A DNA stretch of 38,773 nt, from positions 6,919,800 to 6,958,572 of the forward strand of contig NC_068994.1 in NCBI RefSeq assembly GCF_001194135.2, written 5' to 3'. Made by a program: the position numbers and the translations under genes. The stretch comes from Octopus bimaculoides (Eukaryota). The notes below the pieces were generated by a model, which saw nothing but the letters and a program-made list of their open reading frames with translations, had not been told where the DNA came from and searched no databases. This document shows, piece by piece, positions 23,250 through 34,481 of this stretch (the stretch's first letter is position 1; each line of letters starts with the position of its first letter).

Positions 23250-24230
23250 GTATGTATAAAACACACTGCTTTATTTTGAGATTGCTAATATTAACAATAC
23301 TCGCAAATATATATATATATGTCTTGGTCACGAGTGGGCAGACATCATACACACATTTATATCTTTCTTATATTTGTCTATATATATATATATACATATA
23401 TACAGACATATGTATATACATACACAAATATGCACCCCTACAACATACACATATAAGATGGAAAATTATGTTGTTCAGTCCCCAATTAGTTTCAATGTAA
23501 TTCCAAATATTTATTAAACTAATTTCCTAGACTTGGTAGCTAAGCACTCTCTTATCTTACAAATGATATCACAAGCTCTTTAATAACGATACAGTCAAGG
23601 CTAGTTAGAGTTGCACTGAAAATTGTATCATTTTAATATCTAAAATCAACATAAATTATACAGATTTAAGCCAGTCTTACACTTTATCACTAGTAACTGT
23701 AACATCACTGTTTCCTGTTGCCTTGGTGAATAAATGGAAAGTACCTTGGTAAAGCATTGATATAACAGCTCAAAATGTCTTCTGGTTTTTAAAGCCAACT
23801 CATATAAAATCTGGTCTACTCATATCCTGTTCTTATTTCACCCAGAATACAGAATCATCATGTCATTGTCTAAATATATCATCATTACTCTTTACATCAG
23901 CATGTCCAACAGATTCCAGCTCTGCTTAGCAGAGACATTAATATCCTAACAAAGGATGTTATACTATTAAATAAGAAGCCTGAAGACTGAGTTAACCTCA
24001 AAGTGTCCACATGAAGATCACTACCTACTGAGACAGTTTTAATTATCAATGGGCTAAATTCTTGCATTTGTTTACATCAATCATCAATGAAAAAATATCT
24101 TTAAACAAATCACTTTATACAAACATTTTAGAAAAATAATCTCACATAACTTGTTAGAAAACGACTCTAATAAATACAAAATAACTTTTACATCCATTAA
24201 GATAACATTTTTGTTTCTTTTTATTTTACT

Positions 24231-24402
24231 TTTATTACCTCCGCCAAGGAAGGAGGTTGTGTTTACATCGGTGTTGGTTTGTCCGTCTGTCTGTTTGTGT
24301 GCAAAATAACTCAAAAAGTTGTGAACGGTATTTGATGAAACTTTTAGGAAAAGTTGGTAATGACACAAGGAACCGATGATGAAATTTTGGTAGTGATCCG
24401 GG
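24231..24402 (+). mobile_element. DINE-1/HINE-like non-autonomous element (possible Helentron derivative)
   Basis: 5' hairpin ACCTCC 24237-42 / GGAGGT 24252-57, a GTCCGTCTGTCTGT block at 24281-24294, then caaaataactcaaaaagttgtgaacgg..tgaaactt..gatccgg. This layout is typical of DINE-1-like elements. Confidence 0.5.
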
Positions 24403-24420
24403 AATTGAATTTATCAAAGA

Positions 24421-24734
24421 AAGCAGCCTGCTCATGAAATTAACGTGCAACTGGCTGAACACTCCACAGACAAGTGTACCCTTAATGTAGTGCTCAGGGA
24501 GATTCAGCATGACACAGAGTCTGACAAGGCTGGCCCTTTGAAATACAGGTACAAGAGAAACAGGAAGGAAGGGTGAAAGAGTACAGCAGGGTTCACCACC
24601 CCACCCCCTGCTGGAGCCTCATGAAGCTTTTAGGTGTTTCCACTCAATAGACACAATGCTTGGTCTGGAAATCGAAACTGCAATCCTACAACCTCGAGTC
24701 CGCAGCCCTAACCACTGGGCCATTGTGCTTCCAC
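24421..24734 (-). mobile_element. tRNA-headed SINE family F
   Basis: Reverse-complement head gtggaagcacaaTGGCCCAGTGGttagggc...GTTTCGATTTCC; 3' half matches 11036-11210. Confidence 0.8.
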
Positions 24735-24761
24735 AAACACACACACACATATATACATATA

Positions 24762-24815
<54 letters not shown>

Positions 24816-25264
24816 TACATATACATATATGTGTATATATATTATATATATATATATATATTATATATGTATAATTTGTATGTGTATATGCTTGGGTCTG
24901 TAGATATATTTATATGTGTAAAGGTATTTCTATACATAAATGTGTGTGTGTATGTGTTGTCGATGTGACTGTTGAAGGGCAAGTGTATGAGTGTATATAT
25001 ACATATGTGAATGTGTATATGTGCGTGAGTGACATGCATGTGTGCATATATGTGTGTGTATATATATGTAGTATATATACAGTACACTACAAGAAATGAA
25101 TAATCGAGGTAAAGTGTTGGCAGTAGTAGTGGTACTAATGTCTGTATTGGTATCTAAACTACAACACTCAGAAAAGATGGCGAGTAGTTTTCAGACAGGT
25201 TTCTGTGTGTGTGTATGTATGTGTGTAGATGCGGTCCATGTGCATATTCATATTTCCATGCATA

Positions 25265-25315
<51 letters not shown>

Positions 25316-25442
25316 ATGTATATATATATATGTATGATTGTATGTATGTATGTATGTATGTGTATAGAGATAGATATATACACATATTTATATATATATG
25401 TGTGTGTGTGTGTATATGTATATATATATGTGTGTGTGTGTG

Positions 25443-25494
<52 letters not shown>

Positions 25495-25750
25495 TATATG
25501 CAAGAAACTAGTCACCACCACCACCACTATCTGTCACTCTGCATTATATATAGATGTATAAAATGGAAAGAGAGAGAGAGAGAGAAAGAGAAACAAAGAC
25601 AGACAGTGAAAGAGAGAGAGAGAAATACAAATGCACATATGCAAGGTGATGATGATGATAGTGGTGGTGCTGGTGATAATGGTAGAAGTACAGTAATAGA
25701 AAGACGGAGAGCGAGAGAAGGAGAGAGAGAATGAGAGAGAAGGAGAGAGA
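24735..25750. repeat. (TA)n/(TG)n/(GA)n microsatellite mosaic
   Basis: Direct reading. Confidence 0.8.
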
Positions 25751-25869
25751 GGTTTGGGAGAAGGAGTCTGAGAAATCGGTGGAACTATGTAACTATGTCT
25801 TGTCTTGTGACTGAGCTGAAGAGGTTATTGTTGATGTGACGTGAAAGAGTCTGACATCGTTAGACGTTG

Positions 25870-26890
25870 GAAAGACTGTCATCCTCATCCTCATCATCAT
25901 CGTCAACAATAGCGTTATTTTAGCCAACATCACCATCGTTGTTGTCGTAATGATCATTGCCACCACCACCAGCACCACCACCACTACTATCATCACTATC
26001 ATCATTTATTGTCATCATCATCACCATCAACATCATCACTGCAACAAACCATCTTATTAACCATGCTTTTAACTTACCTATATTATCATCACCTCAAGCT
26101 TCATAAGCAACTACCACCTCCACCACCATCAACACTATCACCATACCACCGCCACTACCACTACCACTACTACCATAACTGCTAAAATCACTCTCTATTA
26201 ACATCGACATAACCACTATTGCTGCTGCTGCTGCTACTACCACCACTACTCTTCACTGGCATCATCACCACCCCTGTACCATCAATATGTCTGTCATCAT
26301 CATCATCATTGTTATCATCATGAAAAGCAGCAGCAGCACCATCATAACTGTCGTCATCATTGTTACTGTCATCATCACCATCAACATAATCCCCCAACCC
26401 CACCCCATCATCGTTGTCATCATCATCATAACCACCACCGCCACCAAAACTACCATCATCATCATCATAGTGACCACCACACACGACTCAATCTTTCTGA
26501 TCTAATCAGGATTGTTTGTCCCAATATTACATTAAAGTTTATTTTTATTCTATCTTCCCCACCTCATCATCATCATCATCATCACCGAGATAACCAGCTA
26601 TCATTCTCCTTATCTGCTTCATCATCACTAACCATCATTACTATTAGTTTGGCCACCATCGATCCACCCTTGAGGCCACCACCACTACATCCAATACTAT
26701 TATTATCATCATCAACTTAACCATCCATCAGCCTCCTCATTTGCTTCATCATCATCATCATCATCGTCATCATCACTGCCTTATCACCACCATCATCATG
26801 ATCATGACAGTGACCACCACCACCACTGCTTCTACAATGATAACGACCGCCGCCACCACCACCACCATCATCACCACCACCACCACAATT
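25870..26890. repeat. Degenerate (CAT/CAC)n trinucleotide field
   Basis: Direct reading; source of the poly-Asp/Met/Ile/Thr spurious ORFs. Confidence 0.85.
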
Positions 26891-27076
26891 GCCAGCATGT
26901 TTAAGTGTCTAAATCTTCCTTCCATGTTGGCACAGGTTTAATAGTCCTGCCAGGCCATGTATGGCACCGTCCCAAACACACACACACACCACTTTCTAGA
27001 ACAATATGTAAAGCAGTTTGAATATTAGGCAACACTTTTCTTTCTTAATCATCATGGATATATGAAGTACATGAAC

Positions 27077-27432
27077 TGTAACATAGAGTTAATGACATTG
27101 TAACATACAGTCTTGGTGGCACTGTAATATACTTTGTTAATGACATTGTAACATGCTGTCTTGGTGACACTGTAACATACTTCGTTAGTGACACTGTAAC
27201 ATGCTGTCTTAGTGGCACTGTAACATAATTCGTTAGTGATACTGTAACATACTGTCTCAGTCACACTGTAACATAGTGTTAATGACATTATAACATACTG
27301 TCTCAGTGACACTGTAACATGCTGTCTCGGTGACACTGTAACATACTTCGTTAGTGACACTGTAACATATAGTGTTAATGACATTGTAACATACTGTCTC
27401 AGTGACACTGTAACATACTGCGCTAGTGACAC
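27077..27432. repeat. 15-unit 22-24-bp minisatellite: conserved GTGACAC-TGTAACAT plus a variable 7-9-nt middle
   Basis: Units start at 27077, 27099, 27123, 27147, 27171, 27195, 27219, 27243, 27267, 27289, 27313, 27337, 27361, 27385 and 27409. Confidence 0.95.
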
Positions 27433-27820
27433 TATAAGATGAGAACCTTTCACTGTTGTAATTCGGAGTATCAGTTACATAAATCAATGAACCATGATGA
27501 GAAGCGCTCTGCTTCTGACATTGGATTCCGCCCTTGGCAGTTTTCAATCCAAGCAATCTTCCACATTACCGTTGATAATAATGCTGCCAATCACTATTAG
27601 TGTTTCCCTCATTTTCCTGTCAAACTAATGGATTTCCTCAAGTGTCCCAAATATTGGCACTTCTACTGATGCAGCGAATACTCTGTGTTTATTGATTGGT
27701 CGTATGACTAACATACCAAATTATAAAGTGTTCTTTAGTGGAGGTATGTAGCATTTCTTGGTTGCATTAGTTTTAACTGTATGCTCAACTTCAATATTGA
27801 ATATACGTTTACATCATATA

Positions 27821-28170
27821 AGTGCAGGCATGAGTGTGTTGTAAGAAGCTTGTTTTCCAACCAAAGGGTTCCTGGTTCAGTTCTACTGTGTGGCACCTTG
27901 GGCAGGTGTCTACAGGTCAACAAAAGCCTTGTAAGTGGATTTGGGAGATGAAAACTGAAAGAAGCCTGTCATATATGTGTGTTTGTCCATCACTGCTTGA
28001 CATCTCTGTAATGTAGCAGTTCAACAAAATAGACCAATAGAATAAGTACCAGGCTTAACGAAAAGATAGGTACTGGGCTTGATTCATTTGACTAAAAATT
28101 CTTCAAGTCGGTGCCCCAGCATGGCCGCAGTCTAATGACTGAAACAAGTAAACGTTAAAGGATAATAAAA
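27821..28170 (+). mobile_element. SINE family C, diverged with internal deletions
   Basis: Head ..cctggttcagttctactgtgtggcaccttgggcagg; tail cagcatggccgcagtctaatgactgaaacaag. Confidence 0.8.
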
Positions 28171-28249
28171 TCTCATCTCCTCAGAGGCGTCCTTGCATGC
28201 ATCAGTGCATTTGTTCCAGTAGTTGTGCTCCAATACTCATAGAAGTGTT

Positions 28250-28380
28250 AATTCCGCCGAGGTTGATTTTTGCCTTTCATCCTTTCAGGGTCGATAAAAT
28301 AAGTACCAGTTGTGCACTGGGGTCGATGTGAACGATGTAATTGACCTGAAATTGCTGGCCTTGGACCAACATTTGATACC
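28250..28380 (+). mobile_element. SINE family B fragment
   Basis: aattccgccgaggttgatttttgcctttcatcctttcagggtcgataaaataagtacc. Confidence 0.75.
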
Positions 28381-28479
28381 AATTTTCATAGAAGTGTTGG
28401 AAAAAATCATCGTTCATTCTCTTCAATACTTTACGATCCTTGTCTTGCTGTATTTATTTGAATCTTTGTAACTCTTCCT

Positions 28480-28790
28480 TGTAGAAGAAGTTACTCATAG
28501 AATAAACCAAGATAAAACAACATTTCTAAAAATGAAAACAATCTTCATCTCCGAAGACATTGTATCCAAAATTGAGGCCATTGAGGCTATATATTATTCC
28601 AGTTGTCCTCTGCAGTGGGACAACCATAGGCAGGTCAGAATCAAAAGGATTAATGAATATCTCCTTCCTTTTATATAGACTTGGCTGTGATTTTTAGCAG
28701 GCTAAGAAAATGTATAGAAGCTCTGTTACTAGCGCAACAAGTTGCTCAGAAACATGATTTCAATAATTCAAGAAATTCTCTGGAATTGGA
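28480..28790 (+). pseudogene. Decayed RTE-like LINE, region C-terminal to the RT domain
   Basis: EEVTHRINQDKTTFLKMKTIFIS...LRPLRLYIIPVVLCSGTTI (with frameshift) resembles the RTE pattern E..RRI..A..AF.KM..I....I...LRL...YI..V.LY..ETW. Confidence 0.5.
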
Positions 28791-28832
28791 CTAATATAAA
28801 AGCATAACAATTTCATTCTTCTTTGGTTTCTA

Positions 28833-29011
28833 GGCGGTGAGTTGGCCCAAACGTTAGCACACCGGGCGAAATGCTTAACGGCATTTCGTCTGTCTTTACG
28901 TTCTGAGTCCAAATTCCGCTGAGGTCGACTTTGCCTTTTGTCCTTTCGAGATCGATAAATTAACTAACTAGTTGCATACTGGAGTCGATCTAATCGACTG
29001 GCTCCCTCCCC
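28833..29011 (+). mobile_element. SINE family B, 3'-truncated where the inverted-repeat structure begins
   Basis: ggcggtgagttggc..gttagcacaccgggcgaaatgcttaacgg..gtcgatctaatcgactggctccctcccc. Confidence 0.85.
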
Positions 29012-30125
29012 ACTCCTTTTCCAAGGTGTGGGGAGAGGACTTCAGAAAATTCACAAGATCCGAATTTTGCGGGTCAAGATATAGGGGTTAATGTTTACGT
29101 TAGAAAAGGTTATTTATTTACCGTTACATTGTATATACCCGAAAACACGACGGGTTGGTATGTATAACTAGTAAATGGAAACGCATGCAAGGTAAAAAGA
29201 AAGTTAATTTCGGCCTGTATGTGTGTACACGTTCTCGTAGTAGTAACCCACAGATAAAGCTAGAATGATGTAAGAGAAAATAAACTGAGCTCGTAAAAGA
29301 GATAGAGTCGAAGGAAGTTGTGTCTCATAACCTTCTTTCTACCTCTGTCCCTAATGGTCGCTGTCACTGTGTTTTCACCAACGATAGAATTCGTTGGAGG
29401 TCTGTGATATCTATTCTAGCTATTGGTGAAATAGAAGAGGTTAGAAGAGTCAAGTGGCGAAGACATTATTTTGCTAAGCTAAGGTGTCTGGCAAATTTAA
29501 CTGCTGTCACAGAAAAAAACTATTGTTTTGCCGCGAGAAAAGTGCTGTTGAACTGTTAATTGAAATTTGAGTATCTTTTTTTTTAATGCACTTTTGAAGG
29601 TGAGGTGCAAAACTGCACCAGCCCCCTTTCTTTACACATATTGGATTACATCAGATTGAAAAATCAAAGAACTTTGTAAACAATAATAAACGAAGTGGTA
29701 ACGATGTCTGGACAAAGAAATCTTGTTAGTGTTTGTGTAAAACAAGTCAGAATGTATTAAAACAATATTTTTTACAAACCTAACAATTTCAATAACAGTT
29801 TAAAAAATCAATTTTCACAACTCACCACTCTGTCGACGTGTCCACTCAACTCATAGACCTCAATGATGTATAAGTCCTAAGCTGCAAAACAGTTTCGTCC
29901 TTTGGCAAATTTTCGCGCCGAAATTTTACGCGGGTAACAAGTACTCTTCAATTTTTGTGGAGAGTGTGAGTGAATAAAGGTGTGGTTTTGTCATTTAAGT
30001 TTTTTGTTGTTGTTTTTTTTTTTGGCCTGTACAATATAAATTATGAAATGCAGATTTTTTTGCAGATTCGGAATCTCCGCCCTCGATATAATGTGTTCAT
30101 GTAAAATTAAGACCAATAAAATATC

Positions 30126-30620
30126 TCAAAGGAGGTGCGTTCTATGACCTTTACCTCCGCCGATTTGTACATGTCCCGGTGACCGATCTATAAAATTTAA
30201 GGAATGATTTACCGTATGGTCAATGTAACCGAGTATGTGGAGATTACAATAGCTTGCCAAATTGTCAGTCATAACAGAAGTTCCTGGAAAAACGTTTTGT
30301 CTGATAACATCCTCCAACATCTCTGTACTCCTATCGGGTACACGTTGAAGAAATCCTTTTCTGGTTGTGGTGTCATAACATCCGACAACCCAAGTTTTGC
30401 GACACATTCTTCCTTCATTGTTCTTGCTATTGAAGAGCAAGCTTTCATCGAACTCCACAATATGATCCGGACCACCATTGGGAGATTTGTCCTGCAGCAG
30501 TTTTGCCGAACAAACATCTCTACAGAACTGGTACCACTGAACAGCAGTTTTTTTTTATATTAATGCAATTTCATACTTGCAGATATCGTTACAGGCAATT
30601 CGTAAATAAAATAAAACACT
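30126..30620 (-). pseudogene. Merlin/IS1595 (ISXO2-like) DDE transposase remnant 1
   Basis: KKTAVQWYQFCRDVCSAKLLQDKSPNGGPDHIVEFDESLLF...WVVGCYDTTTRKGFLQRVPDRS...PGTSVMTD...YIDHTVNHSLNFID. The first two catalytic Asp residues are present; the C-terminal Glu motif is lost. Confidence 0.88.
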
Positions 30621-30785
30621 ATATGAAAAATTACATATTAAAGTTTTCTGTAAATGTACCTTTCCTGGTGGAAAGAGGTTTTTTTAAATTTTACATTTAG
30701 CGCACTTTCTATTGATAAACCCGTCAATAGAACGACTAGTATTTTGAAAATTTATCGAATGTGTGCAAGTACACGTTTTTTCATA

Positions 30786-31192
30786 GGCGCAGGAGTGGCT
30801 GTGTGGTAAGTAGCTTGCTTACCAGCCACATGGTTCCGGGTTCATTCCTACTGCGTGGCACCTTGGGCAAGTGTCTTCTACTATAGCCTCGGGCCGACCA
30901 AAGCCTTATGAGTGGATTTGGTAGACGGAAACTGAAAGAAGCCTGTCGTATGTATGTATATATATGTATGTATGTTTGTGTGTCTGTGTTTGTCACCCCA
31001 CCCAGCATCGCTTGACAACCGATGGTGGTGTGTTTACGTCCCCGTAACTTATCGGTTCGGCAAAAGAGACCGATAGAATAAGTACTAGGCTTACAAAGAA
31101 TAAGTCCTGGGGTCGATTTGCTCGACTAAAAGGCGGTGCTCCAGCATGGCCGCAGTCAAATGACTGAAACAAGTAAAAGAAAGAATAAAAGA
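30786..31192 (+). mobile_element. SINE family C, full length, nested in the composite
   Basis: A-box-like TGGCTGTGTGG, B-box-like GGTTCATTCC, CCTTGGGCAAGTGTC core-like motif, internal (TATG/TG)n, tail gtaaaagaaag. Confidence 0.92.
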
Positions 31193-31273
31193 ATATGTCT
31201 ATAATGTTCTCTGGTGCAAAGTACAATAAAGGTTCCAATCTGGGTGTACACAATGTAAAATAAATTTAGAAAA

Positions 31274-31705
31274 ATAGCAACAGCTGCTTCTTCTTAAAGG
31301 GTACAACAAATATTGTGAAGAAGACGATGATGATTGTGGTAGCTTCTTGATTTCAATTAGAGTTTACGGAAATAATGTATGAACTTATGCGATGTTAATA
31401 CTTCGAATTTATTTTTAATTGTTATAATGAAACAATGGCTTCAGTCTTACCGCCAAAATTAATTTATCGCGCAAAATCACCCACACACACATACACACAC
31501 CTACACAATTTCAGAAGCATAGCAACAGTTGCTTCTTGTGAAGAAGATGATGATGATTGTTGCTGATGGGATCGTTCACACACACACACACACACACATA
31601 CACATATCTACACAATTTCAGAAGCATAGCAACAGTTGCTTCTTGTTGTGGAGATGATGATGATGATCGTTACTGATAGGATGGTTCACACACACACACA
31701 CATCT
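31274..31705. repeat. ~107-bp tandem unit (two copies plus an upstream diverged partial copy) with CA and GAT microsatellite parts
   Basis: ctacacaatttcagaagcatagcaacagttgcttcttg at 31501 and 31608; atagcaacagctgcttcttc at 31274. Confidence 0.85.
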
Positions 31706-32251
31706 AGACAGACGCACGTAAATAAACATAGATGAAGTCCCATTTTGGAAGTATGCTAAAGTTTTTAGTAGACGTATGACGGGGAATCATTCAATATCGT
31801 GTTTTCTTCTATGAGAATCACTTACCTTTAAATCGAAAAAACAAGGCCGACGTATACAACAGGTATGTATAACATGCTATTTCATATGTTTTAGCCGTTC
31901 ATTTTCTGAGCTGTAGAGAATGTTGCACGCGCGCACCCTTTATTGTTGAGGGGTGCGTCGATCAGTTTTGGAGTTTTTCAGGATCCATATGTTCCTTTTG
32001 CATTCCAAATCGAGTTGATTTTCACGTATGGAGCATCAAAAGATTCAGTACTATTTCCACTACCAACTAAACTTTATTTTTATTGACATATTTGAATTTT
32101 AAAAAAATTAGAGGTTATGCATGTATGAATGGCTTCAGTGACACACACACTTATACACACACATACACGAAACATACGTACGTACACCTATTGCACACAT
32201 GTTTTTCGTACGCATACATATTCATGTGCGTGTGTATTTACTTATTTTAGT

Positions 32252-32661
32252 GAATCCAGAAGGGAGTGTGGATATTCTGAATCTTTATTGAAGAACTTCT
32301 TTCTGGAAAAACACCCATGTTCCGCCTTGGAAAATATTGCTTTTCGTAAATCACTTCCTCAGCACAGCTTGGTCACAGATTAATCGAGGAAAATCTCGGA
32401 TTCTGCCGTAAAACCCCTGTAGATTGGCGGTCTTTCTGTGCTGAGGCCTGCCAGTTTTGGACAGAAAACAACCAAAATAGGATTGGAGGAGATGGGGTTG
32501 GAATTGAGATCGATGAAACGGTTCTGGTCCATCGAAAATGTCAACTCGGCAGAGGTGGACTGGAATGCTTGACGGAATGCTTGACGGTCCCACTTTTGAC
32601 CGAATGTGGCGAGGGCAACAGAAGGGATGCTGACACCCTCATTCGGATTTCTCGCGTGTAA
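32252..32661 (+). pseudogene. Merlin/IS1595 DDE transposase remnant 2 (frameshifted, internally deleted; absent from the ORF track)
   Basis: RRECGYSES../THVPPWKILLFVNHFLSTAW/HRLIEENLGFCRKTPVDWRSFCAEACQFWTENNQNRIGGDGVGIEIDETVLVHRKCQLGRG...RRDADTLIRI. A 12-bp duplication (32562-32585) marks the deletion junction. Confidence 0.8.
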
Positions 32662-33477
32662 ATCACCTACCCTGGCCTCCTAATCTGCTGCAAATCCCTT
32701 ATTTTTCTTCATAAAAAAGGATGGGGTAGGAAACTGGAATCCCACCTCCCTGAAATTATTTGAAAATGTGCATAAATAGGATATATATTGTACAGGCAAA
32801 AATAAATAAATACATAAATGACAAAACGCGCTCTTACACACACACACACACACTCTCTCTCCCTCTCTATCTCTCTCTCTCTCCACACGAAATCGATGAG
32901 TACTTGTTACCCGCGTAAAATTTTGGCGCAAAAAATTACTGAAGGACAAAACTGTTTTGCAGCTTAGGTCTTATTACACATCCCGGGATCTGTATCTCCA
33001 GTCATTTTAGTAGGTATGTAAAAGATATTGTTTTAATACACTCTGACTTGTTTCACACAAACACTAACAAGGTTGTTTTTTTTTTGTTGTCCAGACATCG
33101 TTACCACTTCGTTTATTATTGTTTTTCAAAGTTCTCTGATTTTTCAATCTAATGTAATTCACATTGTATAAAACGTATTTCTGCAAAATGTAATCTTAAA
33201 ATATGTGTAAAGATAGGGGGCTGATGCCGTTTCGGTAAATTTTCCTCACAAATTTCTTTATAATCGTAATGTATGCCGTTTGAAAGGTATTTCTGTAAAA
33301 TTTTATTGAAAAAAAACCCTTTTCCTAAAAGTTACGAGGGAAGAGCTCGGATCTTGTGAATTTTCCGAAGTCTTCTCCCAACATACTTGGAAAAGATTTT
33401 CCCCACAAATTTCTTTATAATCGTAATGTATGCCGGTTGAAAGGGATTTCTATAAAATTTCATGGAAAAAATAATCC

Positions 33478-33700
33478 CATTTTATTCACTCTGTTTACTA
33501 TTTCTGTCATTGGACTGTGGCCAAGCTGGGGTACCACGTTAAGAAATTTTAGTCAAATGAATTAGCCCCTGGTAATTATTTTCTTAAGCCAGGTGCTTAT
33601 TCTATCGATGTCTTTTGCTGAACCACTAGTTTACAGGGACATAAACACATCAAGACCTGTTGCCAAGTAGTAGTGATGGGGTACAAAGACACACGCACAT
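33478..33700 (-). mobile_element. SINE family C, diverged 3' half
   Basis: tttctgtcattggactgtggccaagctgggg...cttattctatcgatgtcttttgctgaacc. Confidence 0.7.
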
Positions 33701-33761
33701 CGATATATACATACACACACATACACCATCATCATCATAGTCGTCGTCGTCGTCGTCATAA

Positions 33762-34030
33762 TCATCACCATTGTTTAACGTTCATTTTCCATGCTGGCAT
33801 GGGTTGGCAGGTTTGACAGGAGCTGGCCAACCGAGGAGGAACAGTCCAGACTTCGATTGTCTGTTGTGGCGCGCTTTCTACTGTTGGAGGTCTTTTCCTA
33901 ACACCAACCACTTTACGGTGTAAGCTGAGTGCTTTTTTAAGTGCCACCATCATGGGTGCATTTATGCTGCACTGGCACGAGTGCATTAAAGTGGCACCAG
34001 CATCTGTAAAGGACAAGCCTGTATGCGTGG
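33762..34030 (-). mobile_element. Older family A-related retroposon
   Basis: gtttaacgttcattttccatgctggcatgggttgg...ttcctaacaccaaccac. Confidence 0.7.
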
Positions 34031-34097
34031 GTGACAGATTTTACTTAGCTTGTGATGTCTTCTCAAGCACAGCAAATCGCCACAACACCTGGAGATA

Positions 34098-34309
34098 TCA
34101 TCATCATCATCATCATCGTTTAACGTCCGCTTTCCATGCTGGCATGGGTTGGACGGTTTGACTGAGGACTGGTGGACCAGGAGGCGACACCAGGCTCCAA
34201 TCTGATCTGGCAGAGTTTCTACGGCTGGATGCCCTTCCTAACGCCAACCACTCTGAGAGTGTAGTGGGTGCTTTTACACGCCGCTGGCACGAGGGCCAGT
34301 CAGGCGGTA
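34098..34309 (-). mobile_element. Retroposon family A
   Basis: Matches 4157-4467. Confidence 0.85.
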
Positions 34310-34323
34310 TATATATATAATAT

Positions 34324-34427
34324 NNNNNNNNNNNNNNNNNNNNNNNNNNNNNNNNNNNNNNNNNNNNNNNNNNNNNNNNNNNNNNNNNNNNNNNNNNNNN
34401 NNNNNNNNNNNNNNNNNNNNNNNNNNN
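34324..34427. other. Assembly gap (104 N) within (TA)n
   Basis: N run. Confidence 1.

Positions 34428-34481
<54 letters not shown>

Larger units (their letters stand above)
29016..33395. mobile_element. Composite element bounded by long patchy inverted repeats, containing two Merlin-type transposase remnants
   Basis: Inverted matches: 29016-29063 / 33347-33395; 29679-29715 / 33087-33123 (37/37 identical); 29921-29946 / 32898-32923 (26/26); weaker matches continue to ~30040 / ~32785. Confidence 0.7.

Noticed and set aside
23980-24010. CTGAAGA followed by a TGAG/CTCA stem as a hammerhead
   Set aside because: No GAAA after the stem and no stem I pairing.
25816-25855. CTGAAGA...GAAA as a hammerhead
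   Set aside because: Stem II is weak and not adjacent to GAAA; no stem III/NUH geometry.
27077-27432. CRISPR-like repeat/spacer appearance
   Set aside because: Variable parts are only 7-9 nt and recur as three classes; eukaryotic context and no cas genes. It is a minisatellite.
27494-27560. ATGATGA plus CTGA as a C/D box snoRNA
   Set aside because: The boxes are only 14 nt apart, with no distal D box or terminal stem.
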